A DNA stretch of 64,000 nt, taken from assembly GCA_035717365.1 (NCBI GenBank), contig DASTIS010000230.1:11923-75922 (forward strand), written 5' to 3'. Under the pieces are notes generated by a model that worked only from the letters and a program-made list of their open reading frames with translations, was not told where the DNA came from and did not search any database. The number at the start of each line of letters is the position of its first letter. Position 1 is the stretch's first letter. Shown here piece by piece: positions 63,868 through 64,000 of this stretch. The stretch is from Rhodanobacteraceae bacterium (lineage in GTDB: Bacteria; Pseudomonadota; Gammaproteobacteria; Xanthomonadales; Rhodanobacteraceae). The position numbers were made by a program, and so were the translations under genes.

Positions 63868-64000
63868 TCAGGTGCGGTAGAAATCCTGCATCGGGTAGCG
63901 GCGCGCGTAGAGCGCGAACACGAGTGCCGCGAGGGCGGCGAATGCCGCGAAGAAGAACATCAGGAACGCGTTCTCGCCGAATCCGGTCGACGCGATCCAG
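63868..64000 (-). CDS. C-terminal end of a membrane protein (partial; the gene starts beyond the window)
   Basis: The reverse strand reads ...WIASTGFGENAFLMFFFAAFAALAALVFALYARRYPMQDFYRT*, with the stop at 63868-63870. It shows a hydrophobic helix and high third-position GC. It is too short to name. Confidence 0.4.
   Translation of the reverse strand, partial: WIASTGFGENAFLMFFFAAFAALAALVFALYARRYPMQDFYRT

Overview
Very GC-rich sequence (about two-thirds G+C by eye, not computed). The window holds an almost gap-free polar-flagellum and chemotaxis super-locus of the FleQ/FleSR/FliA type, organised like Pseudomonas and Xanthomonadales; the taxon cannot be fixed without a search.

Minus strand, from high to low coordinate:
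- cheV
- flgBCDEFGHIJKL
- fliC
- fliD-fliS, two tandem fliT-like genes, then a PilZ-like ORF
- fleQ
- (divergent GGDEF / HD-GYP pair)
- fleS-fleR
- fliEFGHIJ
- fliK
- fliLMNOPQR-flhBA
- flhF-fleN-fliA
- cheY-cheZ-cheA-motAB and a truncated parA-like gene

Plus strand:
- a soluble MCP-like gene coupled to flgA
- flgMN followed by a degenerate EAL-HDOD gene
- a small secreted protein
- a second chemotaxis cluster in Pseudomonas Che2 gene order (cheY-cheA-cheW-mcp-cheR-cheD-cheB-mcp), bracketed by two STAS genes

Gene junctions are heavily translationally coupled through ATGA/GTGA overlaps. Many long ORFs in the track are antisense shadow ORFs or N-terminal over-extensions. I re-set starts using RBSs, stop/start overlaps and promoter motifs.

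Reading the intergenic DNA gave six sigma-54 motifs (TGGCAC-N5-TTGCW) and ten sigma-28 motifs (TCAAG/TAAAG 8-mer, N11, GCCGAnnn). All are correctly oriented in front of operons.

I saw no tRNA, rRNA, CRISPR array, IS element, prophage or recognisable defence system.

The most interesting content is accessory to the flagellar core:
- a FliA-driven FliK-like plus free FlhB-C-domain pair
- a transmembrane-less MCP-like protein fused into the flgA operon
- a FliA-promoted antagonistic GGDEF/HD-GYP pair, plus further c-di-GMP-type genes (PilZ-like, degenerate EAL-HDOD)
- a FliA-driven small secreted protein
- the STAS-bracketed Che2-like cluster

All functional calls rest on by-eye motif recognition and synteny. 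No searches were run.
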